Source: a virus (lineage: Duplodnaviria > Heunggongvirae > Uroviricota > Caudoviricetes). Taken from it: 64,000 nucleotides of DNA. The notes beneath the pieces are model-generated. The model did no database searches. It was not told the origin of the DNA and saw only the letters and a list, made by a program, of their open reading frames with translations. The translations under genes and the position numbers were made by a program. This document shows positions 18,549 through 28,084 of this stretch, one piece after another; positions within the stretch are counted from its first letter, which is position 1; each line of letters opens with the position of its first letter. The stretch covers positions 52,967 to 116,966 of IMG/VR virus record IMGVR_UViG_3300014208_000025; one strand, written 5' to 3'.

Positions 18549-19324
18549 GCAAAATTGACACGTTTTTTCTTCTCCGGGTCATTGATTGGTGACGCTACGT
18601 TAGCCGATCCAAAATCCAGATATTTTTGGATAATCTGTTTGGCATAGATACGTTCACTTTCGGCTCCTCCATCCTCACTATACAACGGATAGATAACCAT
18701 TTCGACAATTTCTTTCAAAGAAAACCCATCCAATACCAACTCTGCCATTTCGACTACGGTGCCAGTAGGAATGAAGTTCGTAATCCGAGCCTCTTCCATT
18801 TTGGATTGTTTCTTGGTATCATAAGAAATCTTGGTCAATATTTTGAAATCATCCACTTGTGATGTTGACGCCGATGGAAACAACGTCGTCAACAAACCTA
18901 ACTCTTGGTCGGCATCTAACACTTTCATTTCCACGATAACGGGGAAACGTGAAGTCAAAGCCTTATCCATGACTCGTGTGGCAGTGTATTCATTACCGAC
19001 GTTTGCCGTAGCAATAAACGTTACTCCAGATGATACATGAATAACCGAGGAATTTTCCGATTCATCTAATCTTAATGTTCTTTGAGTAGGGTCGATAACT
19101 GGCATCAGGATATTCATTCCGTCATGTGATAGTCTTGATAGTTCATCCAATAGAATTATAGAATTCGGAGTTTCTATAGCTTTTACAAACTCAGATTTAT
19201 TAAACCAAGTTCCTTTATCTTTTGAAAAAAATGTATTTCCTATAAATAATGCTCGAGCGTCTTGTGAGCTTCCACAGTTAAATTTGAATAATCTATTTTC
19301 TTTATATGTTACTTTATATTTCAT
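18545..19324 (-). CDS. MoxR/CobS-like AAA+ ATPase, C-terminal fragment (Walker B, sensor 1, Arg finger)
   Basis: FNCGSSQDARALFIG, IILLDELSR, IATANVG, LTSRF; no Walker A; ATG overlaps endonuclease stop. Confidence 0.85.
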   Translation of the reverse strand: MKYKVTYKENRLFKFNCGSSQDARALFIGNTFFSKDKGTWFNKSEFVKAIETPNSIILLDELSRLSHDGMNILMPVIDPTQRTLRLDESENSSVIHVSSGVTFIATANVGNEYTATRVMDKALTSRFPVIVEMKVLDADQELGLLTTLFPSASTSQVDDFKILTKISYDTKKQSKMEEARITNFIPTGTVVEMAELVLDGFSLKEIVEMVIYPLYSEDGGAESERIYAKQIIQKYLDFGSANVASPINDPEKKKRVNFA

Positions 19325-20073
19325 TTTGGTATTATTTTTATAAATGAATATTCCCCTTTTAGTGCTCTTTTCCAACTGATTCTTTTATTTTCGATTCCCC
19401 GAACCCTTCCCTGGGGAATTTTACTGTTGTAATTTTTTATAAATGATAAAAATTCATATCTATTAAAAAATTCATGAAAATTTCCATTCAAAGTCATTTC
19501 TATCATTATTGTATCCCATCGTTTTTTATGACTGACTCTCATTTTTTCTTTAGCTTCAACAGATGGTAAAATTCCTAAATGACTAATTCTTAATTTTTCT
19601 TTGGTTTCATCCGACAGATGTTTCCCTTTTTGATATCTACTTACCATTTTTCTAAATTCAACACTTCTAACTTTTCCATACATCGGATTATTTTTTCCGC
19701 TGTTTTGTTTGCTAAGGCGCAACTTCTCTTTTGGAGAGCTTAATGTTTTTTTAAGAGATTCACTTAATCTTTTTTTGTATTCGGGATCATCATAACTGCG
19801 GTGGTTATTCGAAGATGTTTCTCTGACTAAATTATAACAGTTTTTGTTTTTTATAGCATCTAATGTGTCAAGCCACCACAACTCTTTATTTTTCAACTCT
19901 GTTTCCGATTGGCATTCTTCCAATATTTCTTTTTTGAAATTTTGTCTTCCATATTTTTTAATGGCACAACGCAATGCCATACCCGACCCCAAATATGATT
20001 TTGTGTAAGTTTGTTGTTTTCCAATATAGTATTTTCCATTTATTAAGTTAGTTGTTTTGTATATTACCATCAT
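19321..20073 (-). CDS. GIY-YIG homing endonuclease with NUMOD3 repeats
   Basis: VIYKTTNLINGKYYIGK...YLGSG; NNPMYGK and HLSDETKEKL repeats. Confidence 0.9.
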   Translation of the reverse strand: MMVIYKTTNLINGKYYIGKQQTYTKSYLGSGMALRCAIKKYGRQNFKKEILEECQSETELKNKELWWLDTLDAIKNKNCYNLVRETSSNNHRSYDDPEYKKRLSESLKKTLSSPKEKLRLSKQNSGKNNPMYGKVRSVEFRKMVSRYQKGKHLSDETKEKLRISHLGILPSVEAKEKMRVSHKKRWDTIMIEMTLNGNFHEFFNRYEFLSFIKNYNSKIPQGRVRGIENKRISWKRALKGEYSFIKIIPK

Positions 20074-20112
20074 ATCAATCCTTTCTACGACAGTAATAAA
20101 TATATTCCAAGA

Positions 20113-20403
20113 TTACTTTTCATCTGAAAATTCCTCTACTTTCAGTATTTTTATTGAGGGGTTTAATTTTAACTCAGAAAGAGTTATATCTGAAACAACT
20201 TCGGTTTTTGTTTCGGCATAAGCCTCGGCAACCGATTGAGCCGCTTTGGTCTTTCCACTACGGGTTGGCCCGACGAGGATGATGTTTTTCCCCCGTAAAA
20301 CAGCCCGACACAAATACTTCCACGACAAACCATCAATAATCAAGTCGGTGGGTTTGAGAGTATCGCAAGTCTTTAACGTTTTTGTGAGTTCTTCGATTTC
20401 CAT
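20113..20403 (-). CDS. MoxR/CobS-like AAA+ ATPase, N-terminal fragment (Walker A)
   Basis: LRGKNIILVGPTRSGKT; ends EEFSDEK*. Confidence 0.8.
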   Translation of the reverse strand: MEIEELTKTLKTCDTLKPTDLIIDGLSWKYLCRAVLRGKNIILVGPTRSGKTKAAQSVAEAYAETKTEVVSDITLSELKLNPSIKILKVEEFSDEK

Positions 20404-20410
20404 TGTGGAC

Positions 20411-20438
20411 ATTTTACCACAACAATATAGAAAGTCAA
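20411..20438 (-). promoter_or_regulatory. sigma70-like promoter, apparently leaderless
   Basis: TTGACT-N16-TAAAAT-N7-ATG(20403). Confidence 0.65.
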
Positions 20439-20444
20439 GATGAA

Positions 20445-20801
20445 TTATTTACCAACACCCGAACCGAGTTGGGCAAGAAGTTGTGTAAGTTTATCGTTGA
20501 ATTTTGTCCACCAACCCGGACTTTGAACTTCTTTATATCCTTTTACAAATGACGGCGAATATTTATCAAGTTCACGCTCTACACCAGAGAGTTTATCTTT
20601 CACACCCCACTTCTTACCGTTTTCATACTGCCATTTTGGAGAGTGGGGTTGTAACTTGTCAGAACCAGATGTTTTTTGTGGAACATCCAAATCCCACGTC
20701 TTCGTTGGTGTGGTTGGGGGTTGCCAACGCTTTTGAGGTTCTTCATTCAAACTTTCCAGAAAAACTTTCGTTATAGCGGCTTTGATTTGCGACTCTTTCA
20801 T
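20445..20801 (-). CDS. Hypothetical protein with N-terminal amphipathic helix/E motif
   Basis: MKESQIKAAITKVFLESLNEE. Confidence 0.65.
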   Translation of the reverse strand: MKESQIKAAITKVFLESLNEEPQKRWQPPTTPTKTWDLDVPQKTSGSDKLQPHSPKWQYENGKKWGVKDKLSGVERELDKYSPSFVKGYKEVQSPGWWTKFNDKLTQLLAQLGSGVGK

Positions 20802-21968
20802 TTACTTACGAAGACGGAATTTCTTGGTAGCTGGTAAATCAGTCTTGAGTTTATCCGCTCCGTCATCCTTCTTGATCTTTGGTGGTTTGACATGAGGGGT
20901 CTTCTCAATGTTCTTGTTCTTGGAATCAGGGTCTTTTCCCGGTTCCGTTACCTGTTTCAAAGGTTGGTCGGGTTGGTCTTCTTCCTTGGAAACGGCTTTC
21001 TCGTTGTAATTCTTATCGTCCCGTTTGGTGTCTTTGATTTTGGCATCTTCACCATTTTTCTTTTCACCACGATTTTTGATGTCGGTTTGAATTGGGCCGG
21101 CAGCCTTCTTGATAACGTCCCGGTCTTCATAGTGGTCGAGGGATTTCTTTTTGGCCGCATCCGTTTTGTTTTCCAAAGTTCCGAAATTAGCCTTGACGAA
21201 ATCCTTGACTTGTTCCCAAGTTACTGCAATCACACGAATACGGTCAGCCAGTTTTATCATCGCATCAATATCAAAGTTATTCTCAAACTTTGGTGTAATA
21301 CGAACGCTCAACAAATTGTTGGCGGACACTACCAAGTCATTGCGGTCATCCCAATAGACATCCCAATCGGCGTTGATACCATGAACAATCGTTTCCAACT
21401 CCTTGCAAAGTTTGGTGTTGTTCTTGTCAAGTCTCTCATTTCCATCCTTTGCAAAGCCCTTTTGAACCTTTTCCGTTTCTTCCTTGTCCGGTTCTGGTTT
21501 AGTGCCCGTGGAAATTTCCTTCAAAACGTTGCGGACAACTTTCCTCAGAGATTCTTTCAGGCGAATACGTGGGTCGTTCTCAGCTTTGACTTCAGCAATA
21601 CACTCACGGACTAGGGATTGGAATTTTTGTTTTTCGGTTTTCATGTGTTGGTTCTCCTGAAATCTATCTCTTGGTTCGTTCTGAGTTGGTTCAATTGGGT
21701 TTTGTTGTCTGATGCCGGGCTTTAAATGTTTCACAATATCATAGACATTAACGCCTACTTCGGTTGTGTCATACAGCGGCCCCTTGATGGTTTCACCCGT
21801 TTCTGAATCCACATACTGAACGACCTTCGGGCCAATGGAATTTTTCTTCAATTGTTCTACCGCCTGTTCAAATGACTTGGTTGTATTAATGGCAACTATT
21901 TCACGCTTATGCTTGGAGGCATTCTCATGGTCTATGACAACGGTTTTACTTTGATTGTTCTCGTTCAT
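20802..21968 (-). CDS. Hypothetical charged protein, putative virion/head-associated
   Basis: FQSLVRECIAE and LKESLRKVVRNVLKE motifs; TATTTATA upstream. Confidence 0.7.
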   Translation of the reverse strand: MNENNQSKTVVIDHENASKHKREIVAINTTKSFEQAVEQLKKNSIGPKVVQYVDSETGETIKGPLYDTTEVGVNVYDIVKHLKPGIRQQNPIEPTQNEPRDRFQENQHMKTEKQKFQSLVRECIAEVKAENDPRIRLKESLRKVVRNVLKEISTGTKPEPDKEETEKVQKGFAKDGNERLDKNNTKLCKELETIVHGINADWDVYWDDRNDLVVSANNLLSVRITPKFENNFDIDAMIKLADRIRVIAVTWEQVKDFVKANFGTLENKTDAAKKKSLDHYEDRDVIKKAAGPIQTDIKNRGEKKNGEDAKIKDTKRDDKNYNEKAVSKEEDQPDQPLKQVTEPGKDPDSKNKNIEKTPHVKPPKIKKDDGADKLKTDLPATKKFRLRK

Positions 21969-22009
21969 GGTGACTTTATACGATTCGTCAATCTATAAAT
22001 ATCACAGAA

Positions 22010-22789
22010 CTAACTAAAAAAGGAATTTTCGGTGGGGTTTTCTACCACTATCTCTTGGATGTTGTCCGCGTAAGTAGTATTCTTGGGATAAGGTTGAAAA
22101 GGGTGTTTAAGATTGGCTAGAATGCGTTTCTTTTCAATTTTGTTACCCAGCAGACACACATACCGATGTTTGGTGGATTCTTTCTTACGCCAGAAAGTGT
22201 GACCGATGCGTTTTTTCAAATGCTCAATGTTGCAGGAATTGTAGGTGGAAGTGACCGTTCGGGAGTGAATCCACTTGTAAGGCGGCCCAACCAACGAGAT
22301 TGAAAAGTTGGGCATCAAAGCCAGTGACGAGTTGCCTTGGTAATGAAACCCACAGGCTTGATAAATCGTGCCGTGATGACCATACTCGTTGTCGGCATAG
22401 GTAATAACGGCTTTGATGTGAGGAAATTTCTTGCGGATAAAGGCGAGAGCTTTGGTGAGACAATAACTTTCAATATTACTGCCGTAGCCGTCGTGGATAA
22501 ACAGGCGAGTCAGTTCAAATACTTCATCAACCTTTATCAGTTCAGAAACGGATTCAGCGGCAGACCGCCCAACAGGTTGACCGAAAACCATACAACCGAT
22601 GTATTTTTCTTCTTTGGCGTCAACAAATACACAATCAACATCGGTGACAAAGAAAATTCCGTAGGCAACTTGACACAAAGACCACTTGTGAGAATAGTGA
22701 TTCTTCACAATCATGTCTTCTGCAAGGCTTTTTTCTACTTCACGGACAACAATCTTTGTGGGGTTGAAAAACTCTTTTTCTACGGACAT
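22010..22789 (-). CDS. Mom-like adenine-modification acetyltransferase (GNAT fold)
   Basis: NHYSH, GCMVFG, ELTRL, NIESY, VITYAD...GHHGTIYQACGFHYQG. Confidence 0.8.
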   Translation of the reverse strand: MSVEKEFFNPTKIVVREVEKSLAEDMIVKNHYSHKWSLCQVAYGIFFVTDVDCVFVDAKEEKYIGCMVFGQPVGRSAAESVSELIKVDEVFELTRLFIHDGYGSNIESYCLTKALAFIRKKFPHIKAVITYADNEYGHHGTIYQACGFHYQGNSSLALMPNFSISLVGPPYKWIHSRTVTSTYNSCNIEHLKKRIGHTFWRKKESTKHRYVCLLGNKIEKKRILANLKHPFQPYPKNTTYADNIQEIVVENPTENSFFS

Positions 22790-22795
22790 GACACC

Positions 22796-22823
22796 ATTGT
22801 AACCAATTTTGGGGAATTGTCAA
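22796..22823 (-). promoter_or_regulatory. sigma70-like promoter, apparently leaderless
   Basis: TTGACA-N16-TACAAT-N6-ATG(22789). Confidence 0.75.
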
Positions 22824-22829
22824 CTAAAA

Positions 22830-23303
22830 TTATGGGTCCAGTTTCTTGGTATTGAGGTCAAGTTGTCGCCTTTGTGATTCCAATGATGTTCGACTTGATT
22901 CGAGTAATTTCTCAATATTCTTCAAACGGATTTCCAGTTCAGCATGTTTAACCATATCTAGTTGAATATACGAATCTATGTGAAGTTGCATCAACTGACG
23001 AATTATACTTTCGTGTTCGGCAATTTTTATAGTGTTTAATCCAATTTGTTTTTCGTTTTCAATCAAAACCACTTGGTTTTGTTGCATTAACGCCAAAGTC
23101 TTATCAATTAAAGTGAGTGAACTGTTAACTTGACCTTGAACTTCATTGTTGGATTTAACGTACGCGTCAAACTTATCAACGGTAACATAGTGAGAGTTGG
23201 CCCACATGACCAAAATCAAGAAAAAAACTATACCAATATCCTTGACCCAGGAGAAGTTGTCTCGTATAAATTTAAACATATTTTTTTTATTGAATTTACT
23301 CAT
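22830..23303 (-). CDS. Membrane-anchored coiled-coil protein
   Basis: TM segment IGIVFFLILVMWA then heptads. Confidence 0.65.
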   Translation of the reverse strand: MSKFNKKNMFKFIRDNFSWVKDIGIVFFLILVMWANSHYVTVDKFDAYVKSNNEVQGQVNSSLTLIDKTLALMQQNQVVLIENEKQIGLNTIKIAEHESIIRQLMQLHIDSYIQLDMVKHAELEIRLKNIEKLLESSRTSLESQRRQLDLNTKKLDP

Positions 23304-23325
23304 ACAACTATAAACGTTGCACATT

Positions 23326-23350
23326 TATAAATATAAAAATGAATGTGTAA
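23326..23350 (-). repeat. 25-bp regulatory direct repeat, copy 1 (copy 2 at 23840-23864)
   Basis: TATAAATATnnAAATGAATGTGTAA on + strand, 23/25 identical. Confidence 0.8.
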
Positions 23351-23399
23351 AAATAAAAAAAGTGATATATCTAACTACATTTCGGAAACGTAATTACGT

Positions 23400-23834
23400 T
23401 TACTTAACCCCTTGAACAGATGGTGTTGGTAAAAAATTCATATTAGAAGAAACTGGTGTGAAGTTATATCTGAAAAATCCAACCAATGATATAATCAATC
23501 CTATAATAGCAATTATAGTAGAAATATTGGTGGACATTTGAGACGCTTTACCATCCATTGTAGCTTTCGATTCCCGTAACACTCGAATGTCTTCGTTTAG
23601 TCTCGAAAGTGTGGAATTATATTCACTCCGAACCACGAAAGTCGATGTTTGGTCTTTCAATTGGTTTCGGAATTCGTTCATTCCCTCTAATCTTCTTTCC
23701 ATTGCAGAGGCAGCAATAGCAGTAGATTTTTCCAGATTACTAGCGACAATCGTAGTCGCTTTTTCTAAATCACGAAGCCGAGTTTCAAAATATTCTTTGA
23801 GTGATATATCATTTAATGTTTTTTTCTCATTCAT
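23400..23834 (-). CDS. Coiled-coil protein with C-terminal TM helix (holin-like topology)
   Basis: RRLEGMNEFRNQLKDQ coiled coil; IIAIIGLIISLVGFF. Confidence 0.65.
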   Translation of the reverse strand: MNEKKTLNDISLKEYFETRLRDLEKATTIVASNLEKSTAIAASAMERRLEGMNEFRNQLKDQTSTFVVRSEYNSTLSRLNEDIRVLRESKATMDGKASQMSTNISTIIAIIGLIISLVGFFRYNFTPVSSNMNFLPTPSVQGVK

Positions 23835-23839
23835 ACACC

Positions 23840-23864
23840 TATAAATATGGAAATGAATGTGTAA
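23840..23864 (-). repeat. 25-bp regulatory direct repeat, copy 2
   Basis: Matches 23326-23350. Confidence 0.8.
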
Positions 23865-23900
23865 GTATTAAAAATTAAGTGTATTACATTTTTTGGTTAA

Positions 23901-26480
23901 TTACGAACAAGCCGAATATCCACATTGAAGGCACAACTTGCATCCATTTTGATATACCAATTTTGATTTGCAAGTCGGACACGTTTCCGATGATACAGAA
24001 TTTTCTTTGACATATTTTTTCAATATTCGAGAAATTACCTTTGAAAATGTCATTAAATCTCCTTGTGTTTTTGATAATTGGTCACAGATAAAACTTATAT
24101 CACTACCATGTCTCAACGCACATGAAATCATCCGTGTTAACGCATCTGCATTATCATCGCTATGACCATTGGTTAGATGATATTCCTCGCCATCGGTGGT
24201 AATAAACGAGTATGTTTGATGTGATACTTTTACAATTTTTCCTTTTTCTGATTCAATTTTATTTCTGAAATTAACACCGGTAAACACTTCATACAAATCA
24301 TTCCCTAAAAATCCCAACGCAACATATATGTTTTCCTTTTTGTAGTGTGCAGCATAAATTTCTCCAGATAACTCCTTCGGTCGTTTTGGAGATGTTGTTT
24401 TAACTATTCTTGGAGCTTCTGTGTTAATATTAGATATAAGAACGCCACTTCTACAACCATCACGATAGACAGTTATTCCTTTACAACCATTCTTCCATGC
24501 CGTTTCATAAATTACCGCTACTTCATTTTCGGTTGCAGAATGAGGTAAATTAACAGTTGAACTAATAGAATGGTCAATGTGTTTTTGAATTACTGATTGA
24601 AGTAACACTCTTTGTTTCCAATTTATATCAGCGGCACAACATTTATACCACGGCGATTTTTTAACATCGGTTTCATTGTTTATATCCATCCACCTTTTAA
24701 GTTGGGAATGATACACAGTAAAATGTTGCCACGAATCTCCCTTTCCATCTACAAAATCCACCTTGGCATTTTTGTCTCCGGGATTAATTTTCTTTCTTCG
24801 TGTATATGATAAAGAATAAACGGGTTCTCCACTAGAACTTGTTTGGGCAAATATACTTGGAGTTCCTGTAGGGGCCAACGTTAACAACCCAATGTTACGT
24901 CTTCCATATTTTGAAAATTTCTTGTACAAGTCAGGATTTTCAGATTTAATTTGAAGTAAAAATTCGCTATTTTTTTCAATTTCCCAATCCCAAATTGGAA
25001 ATGTCCCTAATTCTTTTGCCATATCACAACTAGAATTAAATGCGGAATGTTTAAACTTCATCATTACATCGTCAACAAATTTAATAGCTTCATCAGAATC
25101 GAATTTAATATCCAAAGAAGCTAACATATCGGCTAATGCAGTTATACCCAATCCCGTGCGTCTTCCATTAACGGCTTTTGTTTTTACACGTTTCCACAAA
25201 TCCAATTCATTCTGTTTTAGTGATATATCTTCAGGATCGGATTTTATTTTGGAAATAATTTTGTCAACTTTTTCAATTTCCAGATCAATTAAATCATCCA
25301 TTAATCGTTGTCCTATTTCAACATATTCATTAAACAAATCAAAATCAAATGATGATTTTTTGGTAAATGGGTCTTTAACAAAAGACAACAAATTAACAAC
25401 CATTAGTCTGCAACTGTCATCGGCACACAAAGGAATTTCCCCGCAGGGATTGGTACAAATCGTTCCAAAACCCTGTTTTTCATAACAATCTACTGCATTG
25501 TATTTAATCATTCTATCCCAAAAAATAATCCCCGGCTCAGCACTTTGCCAAGCCATATGAACGATTTTTTTCCATGCATTCTTAGCATTAACAATTTTTC
25601 GTATTTTTGGATTTTCTGAATCTATTGGAAATCGTTGTTCGTAATTAGTGTTGTTTTCTACAGCATTCAAAAATTCGTTAGACAACGCTACGGATACATT
25701 GGCTCCTGTAACTTTTGTTCTATCCAATTTCATAGAAACAAAATCTAATTTGTTTGGGTTATAGTAGCATGACAGAGTAACAATATCCCTTTCTCCCCGC
25801 TCTTTATTTCCTTTAATAACGATCTCTTCAGGTTTTGTCCACGAAATATCAGTTGCTTCAGGTATAATAACACATTCAGGATGATGAATATTTAACATTT
25901 CCATTAACGCTCCTCTTCTACCATTTTGTCCAACTTCTCTAATTGTATTAGAATATCTTTCAGAAAACGAAAGAATTCCTGTAGAAGTTCTTGAGGCATT
26001 AGTAGTTGGGGTACCTGACGGGCGAAGATTTGACAAATTAGTTCCTACCCCGCCACGTCTTTTTGAAAGCTGAGCAATATTTTCATCGACTCGACAAATT
26101 CCGCCATAACTATCTTTAGGAGAATCGGTAACAAAACAATTAGATAATGAAAGTATTTGAATATCATTACCTATTCCAGTCATGGGAGAACTTTGAGGAA
26201 TCAAATACTTAAACTTGTCAAATAGAAAGAATATTTTTTCTTCTGACAAAGGAGTTTTAAATTTTTGTTTTTCAACACGGGCAAATTCTTTTGCCATGCG
26301 ACGATGCATCATTTCAGGAGAATTTTCCAACAAATTTCCATCCAAATCTCTCAACGCATTTGCATCAAGAAATGTTTTAGCGGCCATTTCATCTCCATTG
26401 AAATATTGTTTGGATGTTTCGTATGCTTCTTCAAATGTAAACTTTATTTTAGATTCTATTTGTTTTTCGTTAACGTTCAT
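23901..26480 (-). CDS. nrdJ: Class II (adenosylcobalamin-dependent) ribonucleotide reductase
   Basis: LSNCFV, RRGGVG, TNPCGEIPL, GLGITAL, LAPTGT, DHSISSTVN, GITVYRDGCR; C-terminal CxxC...CxxC. Confidence 0.92.
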   Translation of the reverse strand: MNVNEKQIESKIKFTFEEAYETSKQYFNGDEMAAKTFLDANALRDLDGNLLENSPEMMHRRMAKEFARVEKQKFKTPLSEEKIFFLFDKFKYLIPQSSPMTGIGNDIQILSLSNCFVTDSPKDSYGGICRVDENIAQLSKRRGGVGTNLSNLRPSGTPTTNASRTSTGILSFSERYSNTIREVGQNGRRGALMEMLNIHHPECVIIPEATDISWTKPEEIVIKGNKERGERDIVTLSCYYNPNKLDFVSMKLDRTKVTGANVSVALSNEFLNAVENNTNYEQRFPIDSENPKIRKIVNAKNAWKKIVHMAWQSAEPGIIFWDRMIKYNAVDCYEKQGFGTICTNPCGEIPLCADDSCRLMVVNLLSFVKDPFTKKSSFDFDLFNEYVEIGQRLMDDLIDLEIEKVDKIISKIKSDPEDISLKQNELDLWKRVKTKAVNGRRTGLGITALADMLASLDIKFDSDEAIKFVDDVMMKFKHSAFNSSCDMAKELGTFPIWDWEIEKNSEFLLQIKSENPDLYKKFSKYGRRNIGLLTLAPTGTPSIFAQTSSSGEPVYSLSYTRRKKINPGDKNAKVDFVDGKGDSWQHFTVYHSQLKRWMDINNETDVKKSPWYKCCAADINWKQRVLLQSVIQKHIDHSISSTVNLPHSATENEVAVIYETAWKNGCKGITVYRDGCRSGVLISNINTEAPRIVKTTSPKRPKELSGEIYAAHYKKENIYVALGFLGNDLYEVFTGVNFRNKIESEKGKIVKVSHQTYSFITTDGEEYHLTNGHSDDNADALTRMISCALRHGSDISFICDQLSKTQGDLMTFSKVISRILKKYVKENSVSSETCPTCKSKLVYQNGCKLCLQCGYSACS

Positions 26481-26611
26481 AGTAGTTCATAAATCGATTC
26501 TGTTATTCGTAAGGGATAATTAGAAAATCATTTTTCTAAAACACAGTCACAATAGTAAATTTTTTTTCACGTTTCGCTTTTGTTTGGGTACCGGAAAAAA
26601 CGTCTATCATT

Positions 26612-28006
26612 TTAATCGTCGTCAACAAAACCACGATTCTTTTTCATCTTGTTCCATTGGTCACGCATCGCGTCTTTACCAGTATCTTCAGCATCTTTAA
26701 ATTTTTGTTGAACTTCAATACCTTCGGGAGATTCAGGATCATAAACCCGAATATCTCCGTTGCAAGAGTTGAAATATGTTGGGAAAGTCATTCCGTCGGC
26801 ACCAAAACGATTCTTGATTACGTGAATACGTGCAGTTGAACCTTGTTTATCTTCCATCTTACGTGACAACGAGAACACAAAGTCGCCAGTCATAATCTTG
26901 CGATAGGAATCGGCAACGTTATGGGCCTGAATAGTATCCGCCTCGTGAGCACCCCGGTGGGCTTGTGACGCTGACCAAACTGGAATTTGAAGTTCACCAG
27001 CTACAGCTCGTAATTCTTCATAGACACTACCAGCCTCGCTATAGGAATTGGCATTTTTGTCTGCCATCGCCGGTCTTAGCAAGTCAGCATAGTCAACGAT
27101 AATCACGTCAATCTTAATACCCGTCAACATCTGAATACGATCAATGTGCATTTTGATTGCCATTGGAGCTATTGTTTTAATGGGAAAGTATTTGATGAAC
27201 AGACGACCGGGGACTTCTTCAATTTTCTGCCTGACGGTATCCACATGATTACGAATGTCTTGGAAGTCAATGCCTGTGAAACAACTATCATATCGAAGTC
27301 CGACATAGTTTTCATTCAATTCCAAGGTGACGTGAAGAACGTTTTTTCCGTTCTTCATGGCTTCGGCACCAATCTTCGATAGCAACCACGATTTTCCAGC
27401 ACCAGCAGGGGCAACCACGAAGCCAAGTTCGCCTTTAGCCAAACCACCATCCAACAAGTCATCAATTACCTTCCAATTGGTCTTGACACTTTCACGACAC
27501 ATTTCACTCATACGCTTGTCAACGTCTTGAAAGTATTCGTGTCCGAGATTTCTTTCCGACCCTGCCTTCATGGCTTCATCAATGACTTTCTTGATGTTGT
27601 CGTATTGACCCAGCTTCAAATAGTCAGTTGATACCCAAATAGCACGCTTGAGTTTCTGGTTCTTACAGAATTCCAAAAACTGAACTTTAACGAACGCAAT
27701 ATCAGTATCATTGATACGAAGATATACCGCCTTCAATTGTTCTTTAATGGATGCCTTTAAGACATCATTATCAACCGAATCCAGTTTGACTTTGAATACG
27801 TTAAACGTGGGTGCGCATTTATACTGGACAAAATACTCTTTTATCAAATCAATTATCCACCGATTCGAATCCGATTCAAAATAGACCGAATCAAGGATAT
27901 CAAATATTTGTTCTAAAAAAAGTTTATCGGTTAAAAGAGCCGATATTGATTTACTTTGAAACTCGCCGCCAAATTTTTGAAGTGTGTCTGTTTCTATTTC
28001 ATCCAT
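26612..28006 (-). CDS. dnaB: Replicative DnaB/gp41-type helicase
   Basis: GLAKGELGFVVAPAGAGKS, LELNE, IVDYADL, WSASQAHR, KNRFGADG. Confidence 0.9.
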   Translation of the reverse strand: MDEIETDTLQKFGGEFQSKSISALLTDKLFLEQIFDILDSVYFESDSNRWIIDLIKEYFVQYKCAPTFNVFKVKLDSVDNDVLKASIKEQLKAVYLRINDTDIAFVKVQFLEFCKNQKLKRAIWVSTDYLKLGQYDNIKKVIDEAMKAGSERNLGHEYFQDVDKRMSEMCRESVKTNWKVIDDLLDGGLAKGELGFVVAPAGAGKSWLLSKIGAEAMKNGKNVLHVTLELNENYVGLRYDSCFTGIDFQDIRNHVDTVRQKIEEVPGRLFIKYFPIKTIAPMAIKMHIDRIQMLTGIKIDVIIVDYADLLRPAMADKNANSYSEAGSVYEELRAVAGELQIPVWSASQAHRGAHEADTIQAHNVADSYRKIMTGDFVFSLSRKMEDKQGSTARIHVIKNRFGADGMTFPTYFNSCNGDIRVYDPESPEGIEVQQKFKDAEDTGKDAMRDQWNKMKKNRGFVDDD

Positions 28007-28084
28007 ATGATTTTGTTTGTTGTTAAAGGGTACTTTACACGACGGGCATCAGAAGTAAACTTCTTATACCCATTCCGACCTTTT

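Noticed and set aside
19321-20240. Group I intron or intein interrupting the AAA+ gene
   Set aside because: Only ~40 non-coding nt flank the endonuclease, no recognisable P7/R/S elements, no in-frame U/G splice junction found; no intein C...HN termini. RT-PCR would be decisive.
16084-20403. CobS/CobT cobalt chelatase serving the B12-dependent RNR
   Set aside because: No cobN or other cob genes; MoxR-vWA pairs are generic, and the HExxH domain does not suggest a chelatase.
20892-21614. 240-aa hydrophobic + strand ORF and similar antisense ORFs (e.g. 22337-22855, 43283-43741)
   Set aside because: Shadows of charged minus-strand genes; no promoter, RBS or motifs.
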